From: Callorhinchus milii
Lineage: Eukaryota
Direction of reading: 5' to 3'
Length of the DNA stretch: 64,000 bases
Assembly (NCBI RefSeq): GCF_018977255.1
Contig: NW_024704742.1
Coordinates: 14,696,001-14,760,000, forward strand
This document shows positions 39,901-50,510 of the stretch, piece after piece. The number at the start of each line of letters is the position of its first letter. Position 1 is the first letter of the stretch. The notes below the pieces were generated by a model. That model made no database searches. It was not told the origin of the DNA and saw only the letters and a list, made by a program, of their open reading frames with translations. A program made the position numbers and the translations under genes.

Positions 39901-42011
39901 TTTAATGCTTGTTTTTAGATCACAGATTGGTGCAGAGAAGTTTGATAAAAGTCAACCATTGGAAAAAATTGGAAAAGGTGCACTTTCCCCTCAACCCAAG
40001 CGTGTGGTTTATGACTCGGCAGGGATGAGGGTACAGAATAGGCAATACAAGGATGATGAAAGCTCACCGCAACATCAGCTAAAGCAAACTTATACAGACC
40101 CAGCTATTCTAAGCTCCTCTGCAGATACCAGCATTAGGGATAGATTTGTGCCACCAGAACCTCATAAAACTTCAATTGGAGATGTTGAAAAACTTTCACT
40201 TGGTCCTTATCAACAAACTTCCAGCGTTCAAGCAAAATCAAGTTCTGCAGTTCCTTTGTTTCCTCCCCATTATCAGGATATGGAAATCGATGCACTAGAA
40301 TCACAGCAGGGATCTTCAGCCCATTTGAATCCAGGTTATCATTCACCTGAAAATCCCCAAATTAGACAACACCCTCCCTCTGGAGGAGCACAGTCACACC
40401 ACGTTTATGAAAACCGAGAGAACTTCCAGGAACCTGTTCATGAAGTAAGATCATCGCCACCACCTCTGCCTCCAAAGATGTATGCTCGGAGAGGCCAAAC
40501 CAATTTGAAGAATAACTTATTAAATACAAGACCACTACCTGAGCCAAGGGAAGAAATGGCAAATGCTAAAAAAATATTAGGTCAAAGGCGTGATGACAAT
40601 TTTGATCCCGTGTTTTCACATGATAGACAAACGAAAGCTGCGTCTGACAATTATCTAAAGCTTGAAACTGATGCTGCTTCATCAAGGCTATTTAGTGCCT
40701 GCACACCGGGACTACCTAATGATGTTGCCCCAACTACTTATTTTTCTGTGGATAGTTGCATGACTGACACGTATAGAGTCAAGTACCACGAGAGACCTAA
40801 ACTTTATTTTGCCGATATGAAAGCTAATGAATTCCCGCCGGGGGGGCATTCCTTTCAAGGTGAGTTGGATTTGAAAAAATATGAACCTGCTACTTATACT
40901 GTTGTGTGGCTTCCAGAACAATGCAATGGCACCAATGTGGTATCGGATTATTTTTATTTGGGTCATATGACATGGGTATGTTCCCATCACTTTCCTCTGA
41001 GCATTTTAGTTTAAATTTAAAACTGAAAATAGCAATGCGAAATAAATTCTGCTCCTACTAAATTCACCACTTTTGATGATAATAATAATAATCCTTGCAT
41101 TTATATAGCGCTTTTCATGTCTTCTAGATGTCTCAAAGCGCTTCACAGAATATGCTGTAAAGTGAATTGTCTGTATATTTTGTGGGCAAAACGCGGCAGC
41201 CAATTGCACACAGCGGTGTCCCACAAACGGTTATGGATTGAAGTGACCAAATTATTTTTTTGTTGAGGGATTATTATCAGGCATGTGAAGTAAGGAAACT
41301 TGCCCATAGTTTTGCCCTTTGATGACCAGGAATTGAAAATTCAGGGAGGAATCATTGCTAGGCTGCTATTAGGTGCTTCTTAATGTTACTGGAAATGGGC
41401 TTTGCATGGTTTTCTTGCTAATTTTGCAAGCAATGTCACATTTTAACACCACCATTTCAACAATTTTATTTTTAAATTGTGTTGTGTGATCCAGGTTAAC
41501 TGTTGAAATATTCTGTCTTTACGGTATCTCTTGTGTAAATTGTTGTGCAATTAATTACAAAAGAAAGTTGGTGGCTATTTGAAACAGATTTTCATTTTAC
41601 CTCTTTATTAAGTCAGAATCGGAGAAATTTTCAGCACAAAAGGAGACCACTCTTGTCAGTGCCCCGAAATTCCCCCTAATATTCCAAAGTCTTTGTAATG
41701 TTGCTGTAACTGAATCCAATACGGCATTAGGATACTAATTTTGAATTTGAAAGTTAGGAGTAAGAAGGGAAATCTGGTGGAATATTTACACAAAGTACTT
41801 CTGGAGTGATTTATTTGAAGGCAGATGAAGTAGATGGTATAAAAGTCTGTGTGACTTTGACTAAGTGATTAGCAGCTGTGATGTATTGCCTTATTGATGC
41901 TATTGATCATTTCACATTTTTTTTTAACTCTGAGCTGTTTTTCGTACAGGTTCAGTTGTAAATCCATCTCAAACGATGTACAGTCCTAGAAAAGGAACAC
42001 CCCACTTGTAG
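3847..42011 (+). CDS. USP53: Ubiquitin-specific peptidase 53, multi-exon gene model: 3847-3990, 11884-11976, 12606-12740, 14397-14510, 15241-15323, 15417-15522, 19454-19600, 20462-20611, 21909-22086, 22725-22892, 24177-24326, 26077-26770, 28537-28610, 35381-35456, 39919-40859, 41950-42011 (3315 nt, 1104 aa); alternative end at 43235
   Basis: Translated exons closely match recalled vertebrate USP53 ([154 protein letters not shown]). All introns are GT-AG and phases join without frameshift. Confidence 0.95.
4150..4625. mobile_element. Nested Deu-SINE pieces (+ copy interrupted by a - copy at ~4262-4540)
   Basis: Match to the SINE consensus in both orientations. Confidence 0.75.
4955..5790 (+). 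mobile_element. Two tandem L2 3' fragments
   Basis: ctctggaactcc, ccttcaag and tails gacgtgaaaggcg...ttgttgtt like the full L2. Confidence 0.78.
6689..7057 (+). mobile_element. Deu-SINE, long form
   Basis: tRNA head, internal tctgtttacc...gcttttcc segment, Deu core, (TTA)n tail. Confidence 0.85.
8980..9404. mobile_element. Tail-to-tail Deu-SINEs (+ 3' half 8980-9123; - long form 9124-9404)
   Basis: Match to the SINE consensus. Confidence 0.8.
10660..11046 (-). mobile_element. Deu-SINE, long form, with a ~45-bp CR1-type tail inserted at ~10889-10932
   Basis: SINE consensus interrupted by aatgggctgaatggcctccttctgtgctataagattctgtgatt. Confidence 0.8.
11884..11976 (+). CDS. USP53: USP53 coding exon 2
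   Basis: ttttgtag acceptor; [40 protein letters not shown]. Confidence 0.93.
12606..12740 (+). CDS. USP53: USP53 coding exon 3
   Basis: cttgcag acceptor; [54 protein letters not shown]. Confidence 0.95.
13402..13606 (+). mobile_element. Deu-SINE 3' half
   Basis: Core and tail match. Confidence 0.8.
14397..14510 (+). CDS. USP53: USP53 coding exon 4
   Basis: ccctcag acceptor; [47 protein letters not shown]. Confidence 0.94.
15241..15323 (+). CDS. USP53: USP53 coding exon 5
   Basis: gctgcag acceptor; [27 protein letters not shown](C); TG|GTAAGT, phase 2. Confidence 0.93.
15417..15522 (+). CDS. USP53: USP53 coding exon 6 (follows a 93-nt intron)
   Basis: aaatag acceptor; [44 protein letters not shown]. 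Confidence 0.93.
15690..16055 (-). mobile_element. Old L2 3' fragment
   Basis: Degenerate similarity to the L2 3' end ([12 protein letters not shown]). Confidence 0.6.
16767..17006. mobile_element. Degenerate Tigger/pogo-like MITE
   Basis: TA-CAGTGGAACCTTGATACA ... TGTATAATGACTTCACTG-TA imperfect terminal inverted repeats with TA ends. Confidence 0.5.
17935..18452 (-). mobile_element. Older SacSINE1-like Deu-SINE with a younger SINE tail inserted (18264-18375)
   Basis: ggggcttgaacccacaacctt head, catgggatc and ggtttaaggtctcatccgaag core. Confidence 0.65.
18470..18815 (-). mobile_element. CR1 reverse transcriptase fragment
   Basis: Minus strand reads [11 protein letters not shown] and [10 protein letters not shown] (CR1 KFADDTKLGG motif). 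Confidence 0.7.
19454..19600 (+). CDS. USP53: USP53 coding exon 7
   Basis: tttcag acceptor; [58 protein letters not shown]. Confidence 0.95.
20462..20611 (+). CDS. USP53: USP53 coding exon 8 (His/Asp box)
   Basis: tttaaag acceptor; [59 protein letters not shown]. Confidence 0.94.
21909..22086 (+). CDS. USP53: USP53 coding exon 9
   Basis: ctgatag acceptor; [41 protein letters not shown]...; CAG|GTGAGT, phase 1. Confidence 0.93.
22725..22892 (+). CDS. USP53: USP53 coding exon 10
   Basis: ttaacag acceptor; [22 protein letters not shown]...GRGL; A|GTAAGT; phase 1-1, open frame; ENG motif as in human. Confidence 0.82.
23706..24105 (+). mobile_element. Older SacSINE1-like Deu-SINE
   Basis: gtcagcttggtttagttgatggcaca head; ggctgtttgtgggataacattgcatgcaaactggctgct Deu core. 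Confidence 0.6.
24177..24326 (+). CDS. USP53: USP53 coding exon 11
   Basis: tttacag acceptor; [57 protein letters not shown]; phase 1-1; weak similarity to the recalled human segment. Confidence 0.8.
25674..26003 (-). mobile_element. Deu-SINE, long form
   Basis: Head, internal segment, core and tail match. Confidence 0.82.
26077..26770 (+). CDS. USP53: USP53 coding exon 12 (large)
   Basis: ccctcag acceptor; contains [63 protein letters not shown], phase 2. Confidence 0.93.
27690..28055 (-). mobile_element. CR1 3' fragment
   Basis: Minus strand gaacttcttcactcaaagggtggtgaatgtatggaactctctacccc ([14 protein letters not shown]). Confidence 0.75.
28067..28434 (+). mobile_element. Deu-SINE, long form, full length
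   Basis: Complete head, internal segment, core and tail. Confidence 0.88.
28537..28610 (+). CDS. USP53: USP53 coding exon 13 (predicted)
   Basis: attccag acceptor; (R)[24 protein letters not shown](G); G|GTAAAA; supplies the phase 2 to 1 bridge needed between exons 12 and 14. Confidence 0.65.
32630..33178 (+). mobile_element. 5'-truncated young L2
   Basis: [44 protein letters not shown] nearly identical to the C-terminus of the full L2; (TTG)n tail. Confidence 0.92.
33178..33470 (+). mobile_element. Older SacSINE1-like Deu-SINE
   Basis: ctcacctctgggtcaaaaggttgtgggttcaagccccac head. Confidence 0.65.
33770..34030 (+). mobile_element. Deu-SINE 3' part
   Basis: Core and tail match. Confidence 0.75.
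35381..35456 (+). CDS. USP53: USP53 coding exon 14 (predicted)
   Basis: long polypyrimidine tract ending cattag; [25 protein letters not shown](R); AG|GTAATG; phase 1 to 2 fits exon 15. Confidence 0.68.
35997..39804 (-). mobile_element. Near full-length L2-clade LINE (single ORF: APE endonuclease + reverse transcriptase) in USP53 intron 14, one frameshift
   Basis: ORF 37719-39407 has APE motifs ([37 protein letters not shown]); ORF 36148-37893 has RT motifs ([51 protein letters not shown]) and L2 C-terminal LHWLP; 3' hairpin plus (TTG)n tail. Confidence 0.95.
39629..39804. repeat. Two tandem 88-bp GC-rich monomers at the 5' end of the L2 element
   Basis: 39629-39716 and 39717-39804 are identical apart from tgctgcc vs tgccgcc. 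Confidence 0.9.
39919..40859 (+). CDS. USP53: USP53 coding exon 15 (large C-terminal exon; frame stays open to TAA at 41014 if unspliced)
   Basis: tttttag acceptor; contains SPPPLPPK and [24 protein letters not shown]; strong donor AAG|GTGAGT at 40859/40860. Confidence 0.88.
41078..41320 (-). mobile_element. Deu-SINE, short form, head truncated
   Basis: Match to the SINE consensus. Confidence 0.82.
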
Positions 42012-42036
42012 CTAGGACTGCAAAAACATGAAACAG
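41950..42036 (+). CDS. USP53: USP53 predicted exon 16 (87 nt, in-frame TAG at 42009-42011)
   Basis: gtttttcgtacag acceptor; [20 protein letters not shown]; donor CAG|GTATTT at 42036. Confidence 0.55.
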
Positions 42037-43155
42037 GTATTTACCAACAATTGAAGCATAATTGCATAAATTTGGGTAACTACTATGGAAGATGGTAAAC
42101 ATGATGTACATGTTTCAATTCATGACTACCATTCCTTTCAGTTACAGGAGAAGAGTTTTAAACACCTTCCTTGAACAAGTGGCCCAGTGATTTGTGGGGA
42201 TAGGGTAGAGGCAAATTGTTCACTTTTAGACGTGAAAACTGTCTGAGATTGACCTTTTTGGGTCTGTGTTCAGAAGCTTTCTTGTCCAACTACTTCTGTG
42301 ATATCCTGCAGTTCAACTCCCCCATTCACACTTTTTGCTCTACACTCAGGCTTGCTTCACATCCCCCACTCCCCCTCCCCTGCGTACTTTCTCCTCCCCC
42401 AACCCCACTCCAGAAGCTGGTCATTTTGGGTTATTTTTAATGGAAACTTACTGGGAAAGTGACTATATTTTGCAAGGTACAGTAATTTTTTAAAAAACTG
42501 CTCCATGTGCACAGAACGATGCACAACCAAATCATTAGAATAGTGTGGGAATGCTTCCACTCTCCATTATACATTTGCAACACAAGGATAAGCCTGTGCT
42601 GCTCTAGTCTTCTAAAGGTCAGTTGAGGAGCAGCTTTAGCCTGAGAGTACTGCTCATGTTGTTGGTGGTGGGCGATAGGGTAATGTTAAATTAAACTTTC
42701 AGAAAAGCCCCAAAATTTGAAAATCATGTGTCTAAATTGCAGTGCAGCACTAATTTTTGCATCAGGCTTTAAAACCTTGCTGCTGTAAATGGCAGTGAGT
42801 TAGCATTGGGAACATTTTGTAATGTGGCTGTCAGAATTTTCTCTTTTCCACATTTTTTAAGGAGAAATGTGGGACCTAAAAATGAGTACTTCTGTTTTAT
42901 TTATAGCACCTCATTATCAAACGATGTAAATATCAAACTCACTGTTCCAAAGCTTTATATTTATGTAGGTCCTAATTGAGCAGTGTGAATATATTTGAAG
43001 TTGTAATATTTGTTTTAGCCTAAGTTACTGCTTTGATATGTTTCTGACGTCCTGACTTTGAGGATAGACTGGGTTTATTCCATGGTGGCTTAGGTTTTCA
43101 TTGTTTTAAATGGGTTAGGTCCTTCTGAGTTACACAATTGACCTTTTGTTTTCAG

Positions 43156-43235
43156 ATGCAAACCATGGATCAGGCTTGTCTGCACCAGTGATGTATCAAC
43201 AACCTGAAAAGTTACGAAGTGCAAGAAACTATTAA
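43156..43235 (+). CDS. USP53: USP53 predicted terminal exon, coding part (DANHGSGLSAPVMYQQPEKLRSARNY*), followed by AT-rich 3' UTR
   Basis: branch-like ttgac plus cttttgttttcag acceptor; open in phase 1 matching the donors of exons 15 and 16; followed by ~2.8 kb largely TE-free AT-rich sequence. Confidence 0.55.
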
Positions 43236-45993
43236 CAAAACTGTTTGGTCATTATGGAGATTGGGCCTACCTTCAACAATAAACTAGTTTTAAAAAGACT
43301 GGATAGTTGAATAACCAAAGGCAAGAGAAAAACTGCACAAAAACCTTCCGAAGACATTGGGTAAAGTTTCAGAAATTGGCCAATAGAGGGCAGCTACCAG
43401 TCGGGATGGCAGGCAGTGAAAATAAATGTATTTATTTGTTCCTTGTCACAGATACTGTAAATAGTGAAGATATGCAACTATTTAAAAAACAGACAAGAAC
43501 TGTTTATATTGTACACTTTAAGCTCCAGATTTATAACTTTCTAACTTTGTATAAACTGTAATTTTGGTCTTTATATGAAAGTATTTTCAAGGTTTCCTGT
43601 CTTTGATCCTATGCCACTAATTTACAAGTTAGTAAACACTATGCTACTAATTCACTTGTGGTTAAATCCTAAGAAAAAGTTACTATAAAATACACCAGTA
43701 GCAATTTCAGAGTTTCAGATAAGTACCTTATTTGTTTACTATAAAGTATTTTTTTACTATTTTAATGTATGGACTTTAAAAATCAATTGATTGCCATAAG
43801 GAGTATAGGTATTGCCTAAAATTTTCATAAAAGAAAAACTTATTAGTTACAAATATCATCCAAGTTTAATTTAGAAGGGAAAAACACTAGTGATTTATCT
43901 TCAAAGCAGTATAGAAAGCAATATTTTTGACAATTGTGGTTTATCGATATTTTGTAATCCTGAAAAAAAGAAGCCTCCTTTGCAATAAACCAGAATGTTA
44001 ATTGTGAACAGTATAATGTAATTCAGAGTGGAGAATCCAAATCTCCCAATATCACGTTTGCCTTTAAAATGGTGCCATTTCGAAAAATTTGTATGAAGTG
44101 ATTCTATTATCGATGAATTGAATTAGCAGAAAGCTCAGCCACCCATAACTAAAAATGATTCACAGGAAGTCTCAATGAGAATGTTTAAGAAGTTAATGCA
44201 GATTAAGTTAGATTGTCTTTCCAGGACCACCAAGCTCTCAAAAACACTAAACCCACTAAAACATAACTTTTGTTAATCTCAAAAATTACTTCCTTTCCAA
44301 TATTCTAGGGAAAATATTTTTGTATTAACACTTATGAAACGAAAATTATTCTGTGTAGGCAGTAGAAACATTTGGAGCTTTCTCTGATGATAGCCAGTAG
44401 GTAAAGGCAATATGAAGTGCAGCATTAGGCAATCCAACCGTGTACCACAAGTACTAAAACTGATCAGAATTGGAAATTTAAATTCCGTCTTCCAGCAACT
44501 AATCTAATACTCTCAGCCAGAGTATTATCATGTGACCTCAGTGTCCCTATATTAGGTAGGGGGAATTCAACCATGGTTCCAGCTCCTAATTGCTACCAAT
44601 AGACAAACCTCTGCTGGAATGTGTGGATGTCTGGTAAGGAGTGGATTAGGTTTGGCTGTGGAGCCCCCCAAATCGAACTGTCTGCTAGCATTCACTAAAG
44701 TGATGACCATTTGGACAAGGTACCAAGTGTGTCCATGGAACTGCCCCAAGTAGGAGTCGACTCTTTCAGAAAAACATGAAAGAGAATTTTCTGAGGTACT
44801 GTAATTTAAGAAAAAAATGAACAATTAATTTGTAGGGACATTTAATCTAAGTTTTTATACGTTTTTCCCCCATGTGAATTTTTTTTTTTGGTGGATCTCA
44901 AATAATTGTTCATATAAAAGTTTTTTTCAGCTTCCAGGAGATGCGCACATCAATCACAGCCCTAACTATAAACACAAATTATGCGCTCTGAGGTGACTTC
45001 TGACCTCTGTGATGCCAAGTATTCCATTTTGTTCCAGAGTTGCTTGTAGTTAACGATCAGAGAATGAAGGTGCTTTAGCATTGTGCTGTGAATTTTTGGT
45101 ATTCTATTCTACCTTTACCTGTTATACCTTTTATAATGGGTATATAACACAATATTGTTTTCCTGAGATTTTTTCCATTGAATTTACCCACATCACTTTT
45201 TTCCCCCCTCTACCCTTTTTTTTTTAACATGAAAATTAAACTCTGATTAAATAGTTTATTTTGTGGATAAAAAGACATCCATGGTCCTTATACATGTATT
45301 TCCCTATTCTCCCAACAAAATATTATTTACCTTATATAGACAAAGCAATGTTTTCTTGGATATCTGTTTGAAATATTTACCTTAAATTGTCATGTGGATG
45401 GCATAAGAGTTTGCATTGTGAGAGCAGTTTTGACATTTTTGTCAAAATAGATTTTTTTCTATTTGCTGGCTTTACAGCAAAAATTGCATTGCCATTAATG
45501 GCTGCACCATCTTTAGAACTGTCATTCAATTGTGAATGTAAAGAGGATTTGTATCTGTTTAACTAACTGAACCTTGCCCTAAACATTAATCTTGTGCTGC
45601 CATCTAAACTTTAATTTATGCAACAGATTTCTGATGTACCATTTTATAATTTTAACTACTTATAGAAATATCTAAAATGATGGCCTTAAGAATTTAAATA
45701 TAATTTGTAATAAATTCATGCCATAATTACAAATATACTGTTAAAATTTCTACACTTGACATTAATTTATGCAGTTAATAGAACAGTCAAACCTAAGGAC
45801 ATTTAAAGACCAAATTGTGACTGATACTAAGTGCCTATTTATTTTTCTATGTAAAAATGAGCAAATATTTGTAACACACTGATTTATGCTTTGGATACAT
45901 ATTTTGAGAAATATATTTACATATATGTATAAAAAGGTTTCCATTTACGTGCATTAACATTTTTCCTAGCAGCAAATAAGTATGAAGAGTTTA

Positions 45994-45999
45994 AATAAA
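45994..45999 (+). terminator. Candidate USP53 polyadenylation signal AATAAA
   Basis: AATAAA at the end of the AT-rich UTR-like block, followed by a GT/T-rich element (atgttgtctttt); other AATAAA copies exist upstream. Confidence 0.45.
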
Positions 46000-46231
46000 C
46001 TATGTTAATTCTATTTTTAGATGTTGTCTTTACTTGCATTGTGAGCTTATACAACCTCATGGTCCAGCTTCATCCTGAAATATATACACATCACATACCA
46101 CTCTCGGTCCTTATATGTACAAGCTTCAGTAACAGTAAATTATTTTAAATTGATGAATACTTTAATTAGATTTTACTGATGGCACAATCACCATGACTAT
46201 GGGTGAAAACTCATTCATACATACAAAACTT

Positions 46232-46445
46232 ATTCATTATACAGCACAGAAGAAGATCATTTGGCCCATCATGTCTGTGGCAGCTCTTTGGAAAGAACTA
46301 TTCAATCCCACACCCCCACTCTCTCCCCATAGCCCTGCAAACTTGTCCTCCCCAAATAATTATCTACTTCCCTTAAGTTCTTATCAAATCAGCTTCCACC
46401 ACCCTTTCAGGCAATGCATTCCAACAAACAACTCGCCATGTGAAA
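46232..46445 (-). mobile_element. CR1 3' tail fragment
   Basis: acagcacagaagaagatcatttggcccatcatgtctgtggcagctct; related tails at 57535-57760 (+) and 62615-62720 (-). Confidence 0.6.
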
Positions 46446-47360
46446 AATTGATAATTAATAGCAATTGATTGCTTAATTTTGCCTTTGTTTAGATACCTCA
46501 TTGTGGAGGGTGGAGTTTTAATCGCTGTCAATTTCAAATGATAGAATAGAGCTGAACAGTAGTACCTTTTAGGAAAATTCTTTGGACGAGTTAAAGATCA
46601 GATCTTGGGTGAAGAAACTGCTTATTAAACAGTTTAATTTCTCTTCCTTACATTTTCATTAACACAATACTATAAAATTAGACAGTAAAGTTATCCTATA
46701 ATGTATTGCTCACTTCAATGATCTCCAGTTCATTGTATACAAATGTGCCTCTATTCCAATACCTATATGTAAACTTCAACTGTGAAGCAGTATGCAAAAA
46801 AAGTCAAATTAAGCATGCAATGTAAAACTTCTTCACAGAGCAGCATTATTCAGCATATGCTAAGGCGAAAAGAAGATCTGTTTATATTTACTGGTCCTTT
46901 GATAAGATTTCTATATTTCTGGTAATATCTATAGATGCTTTGTATGCATTTGAGTGCACCATCTGTACTCACACTTCAGTTGAATTGATAACAGGAATTT
47001 TAATGATACCCTGTGATTTTCTATTCCTAGTGAAGGGTTAAGTCATGACATGTTACCTTTTTGATTCTCTGCTTTCAAAATGGGATTAGACATTCAGAAA
47101 AAGTTCAATAAAAGGATATGGGAAAATGGCAGAATTGGATGAAAACGCATTCAAAGGCATCCCAGGCTTAAGGCCCTTTACTGTAATTTCTATACTTCTA
47201 AAACTCAAACTATGCCATTTTGGATTTGAGTCTATTTAACCAAATGGTTAATTACATATAAAAAGCATTAACTTGCAGATCAATAACAAGCATCCAGCTG
47301 TCGCTCCATGGTGTATGGTTTTTAAAAATGCTATTAAACCTGGAGATTCACTCCCTTCAC

Positions 47361-47700
47361 TGTCAGCCCAGCTCAGTTGATAGCATTTGTCTCTGAATTA
47401 GAAGCTTGTGGTTCATAATCTAGGATGAGATTTGGAGTGCTGCATCGCCAGAGGTGCCATCCTTTAGATGAGATGTTAAAGCAAACCCCTCTTCCTGTTC
47501 AGGTAGAGACTAAAGATCCCATATTCAAAACAGAGTTGCTCCTGGCATCCTGGCTAACCATCCCCAGATAAAATAATTAGTCATTCCCTTTGTAGCCTAA
47601 TTCTGTGTGCAAATTAGCTGTTGTGTATTTGCCTTCAAATGGTTACACCTATGAATCATGTGAAGTGCATTCAGACATTTGACATGATACTATATCAACT
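47361..47700 (+). mobile_element. Older SacSINE1-like Deu-SINE
   Basis: gtcagcccagctcagttgatagca head; gaggtgccatcctttagatgagatgttaaa and aaagatcccat core. Confidence 0.65.
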
Positions 47701-48159
47701 GCAAGGATTAGCCTGTAAACAGCTAAAAGTGCCATGTTCGTCTTCCTTGTGTGGAACTGAATGACTACTCTCACCCCAGAGGAATGTGCTCAGTTTAGCC
47801 AATTCCAAGAAGTATTTGATGCAAGAGCCCGCCTGTGGATTGGAAAGCTGCTGGAGTTTAAAACCAGCTGAAACCATAGCTTGCTTGTTCAGCTGTACAA
47901 CCCTATCTGTTATGCTGCTGGGTTACATGGTTAATAGGAGCTGAGTGGGAGAAATCCCTGCTTCAAAGGACTGGTCTCCACTGTCCTGCTGACCAGGCTT
48001 CCATTACCAAGCGCTATGGAGCCATTGTACCCCAAATAAGTCCTCTCTTTCTATGCTACTGCCCACCCATAAGCCAATCTGGTTTACATTACCAACCTGA
48101 AGAAAGGACAAGGCAAAGTAGCATTTGCATATTTTTTCCCCCAGAGGCCCTTCTTCCCT

Positions 48160-48590
48160 CCATAGACTGCAGATCATCCAGTCTCTGTAACCTGTGTCAC
48201 CAGGCTCCATAACCCTATCACCCTAGTTCAAGATCCTGGTCCTCACCTTCAAAGCCCTCCATGGCCTTGCTCCCCCCTACCTCTGCAACCTCCTAACACC
48301 CTACCATCCTGCCCACTCCCTTCACTGAGCAGGCTCTGACCTGCTTCATGTACCCCACCTCACCTGCCCCACCATTGGCAGGCATGCCTTCTGCCACCCT
48401 CTGAAACTCCCATCTGCCTTGCCACCTCCTTCAAAACCCTCCTCTTCAACCATGCCTTCGATCACTCTCCTTCCCCCACTGTCCTCCACCCTCCCCAACC
48501 GCCAGCTCAGGTCCGAAACACTGACTGTCCAGCGCCTTGGGACGTCCTTCCAACGTGAAAGGCGCTATACAAATGTAATTTTGTTGTTCT
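48160..48590 (+). mobile_element. L2 3' fragment
   Basis: ttcaagatcctggtcctcaccttcaaagccctccatggccttgc and hairpin tail. Confidence 0.8.
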
Positions 48591-48689
48591 TCAAAGCAAC
48601 AATGAAAGTTCAAGGTGTAACATTTGTCAAATATGCTACTCCACGTACACATCCAAAAATAAATTCAACAGCACAAATTCAGCAGAGTG

Positions 48690-48946
48690 AAATTTAATGT
48701 TTATGGCAATTTGCCTGCTATTACCATAAATCACTTGCAGTCTTAGAGAAACAGTTTGTTAGTAAAGAGAAGGGATCAGGACCCTGGTCTTCACAAGACA
48801 TTCAGAAACATCGTGACTTTGGAATGTTGGAACGTCTGTCAAATGCTCCACTCTATAAACGTGCAGTTGTTCCCATTTGTTGATCTGTAAACATGGAAAT
48901 CCACAGCGATAAAAGTCTCTGACATGCATCACTTCCAAGGTAACCA
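48690..48946 (-). other. Candidate non-coding 3' exon of C4orf3 (distal end uncertain)
   Basis: Minus-strand acceptor tctttatttttcag ending at 48947; candidate donor CGG|GTAGGT at 55118/55117; ATTAAA near 48695 on -; unique non-repeat sequence. Confidence 0.35.
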
Positions 48947-49469
48947 CTGAAAAATAAAGAACATTTCATCAGAATAATTAGATAATAAAGATACAATTTA
49001 CTTTGCAAACTAAGTGTTAAAAAACAAACTTCTGCAGAATTTATTTGACCCTTTATATAGGTGCTTGAACGTATGCTGCAGCCTACATTGTAGTATTATT
49101 TGTTCCATTTATTCTGTTCAGCAGATCTCACAGCACCATCTGCAAACAGAAACTACACAAATGCAGTTATCTCTAACTTACCAACAAACTTTCATGTCTG
49201 TCGAATTTCTGGGTAAGATTGGTATTATAGTATAAAACAGTTTAGTGGCAAGAAAATGGCATGGTTGTCGAGTAAAACATTTCTCAAGATAGACCTCCGT
49301 TTGTGTATTTTGAGAGGGAAGAAACTATGTTCAAAAGAGAGCACCAGGTGCATATCAAGTCAGGATAGATAAAACTCAAAAAGAGTCTCGAGTGTACCTT
49401 ATTGTGCAGGTTAGTATTTGTTCAGTTTAGCAGGGCACTAGGGAAACTTTCCATCATCTTGCAGCCAGC

Positions 49470-50510
49470 AATAACAATAACTTGCATTTATACAGTGCCC
49501 CTCACACAGGATAGCATCCCCGAGCGCTTGACAGAGGTGGAGGTGACTAGGCATGGTCAAAGAGGAGGGTTTTCAGACACACAATCTGAAGATGGGGAAG
49601 GAAGGAGCAAGGCGGAGAGACAAAGAGTTTCAGAGTTTTGGGGCATAGTGGCTGAAAACACGGCCACTGATGGTGGAACGGAGAGCACAGGGGACATGCA
49701 GGAAGTTGGAGACAGTCGAGTGGAGACAGTGGGTAGTGGGTTGGGGAATAAGTAGGTCGGAGAGTTAGGGCACGAAGGGATTTAAAAAATGAGTGTGAGG
49801 ATCTTGAAATCAATCCATTTGGCAATAGGGAGCCAGTGGAGCCTGGCTAGAACTGGTATGATGGGAGTACGGAATTTAATAAGGGTGAGTATCTGGGTGG
49901 CAGTTTTGGATCAGCTGGTTCTTGTAGACGGTGGAGCTGGGGAGACTGTTGAGGAAGGCATTTGTAAAAGTCGATTCGGGAGGTGATGGACACATGCATG
50001 AGTGTTTTGGCTGTGTCTGGGGTAAGGTACGATTAGATGCGAGCAATGTTGCGGAGTTGGAGGAAGGCGGTCCTGGTCAGGGACCGGATGTGGGGAAGAA
50101 AGGATTTAAAATTTAATTTAAACTTGTTTTACAGCTAGAGTTGTGTCCTATCTTTTATATTGCTCTATATGCTCCCTCTTAATTTAATTTAAATGTAGGT
50201 TGAATCTAACGCTTAGGTTGCGCACCGGTTCAGTGAGTCTGAGTGATAGGCCAGGGAGGTTGAGGTCAGAGCCGCAGAATAGAAGACATTGTCGGGAGCC
50301 TATGAGTATGGCTTCCGTCTGATCAACATTTAGTTGCAAGAAGTTTGTGCTCATCCAGGCCCTGCTGTCAGTCAGACAAGCCGACAGGACATCGGTGGAC
50401 CTCGAGTCGCAGCTGGAGAAGTAGATTTGTGTGTCATCCACATACATGTGGAAGTTTACCCCGTGTCTGCAGATGACATCGCCAAGAGGGAGCATATAGA
50501 GCAATATAAA
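49470..50510 (-). mobile_element. L2 RT to 3' fragment, interrupted at ~50105-50200
   Basis: [26 protein letters not shown]...[18 protein letters not shown]. Confidence 0.85.
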
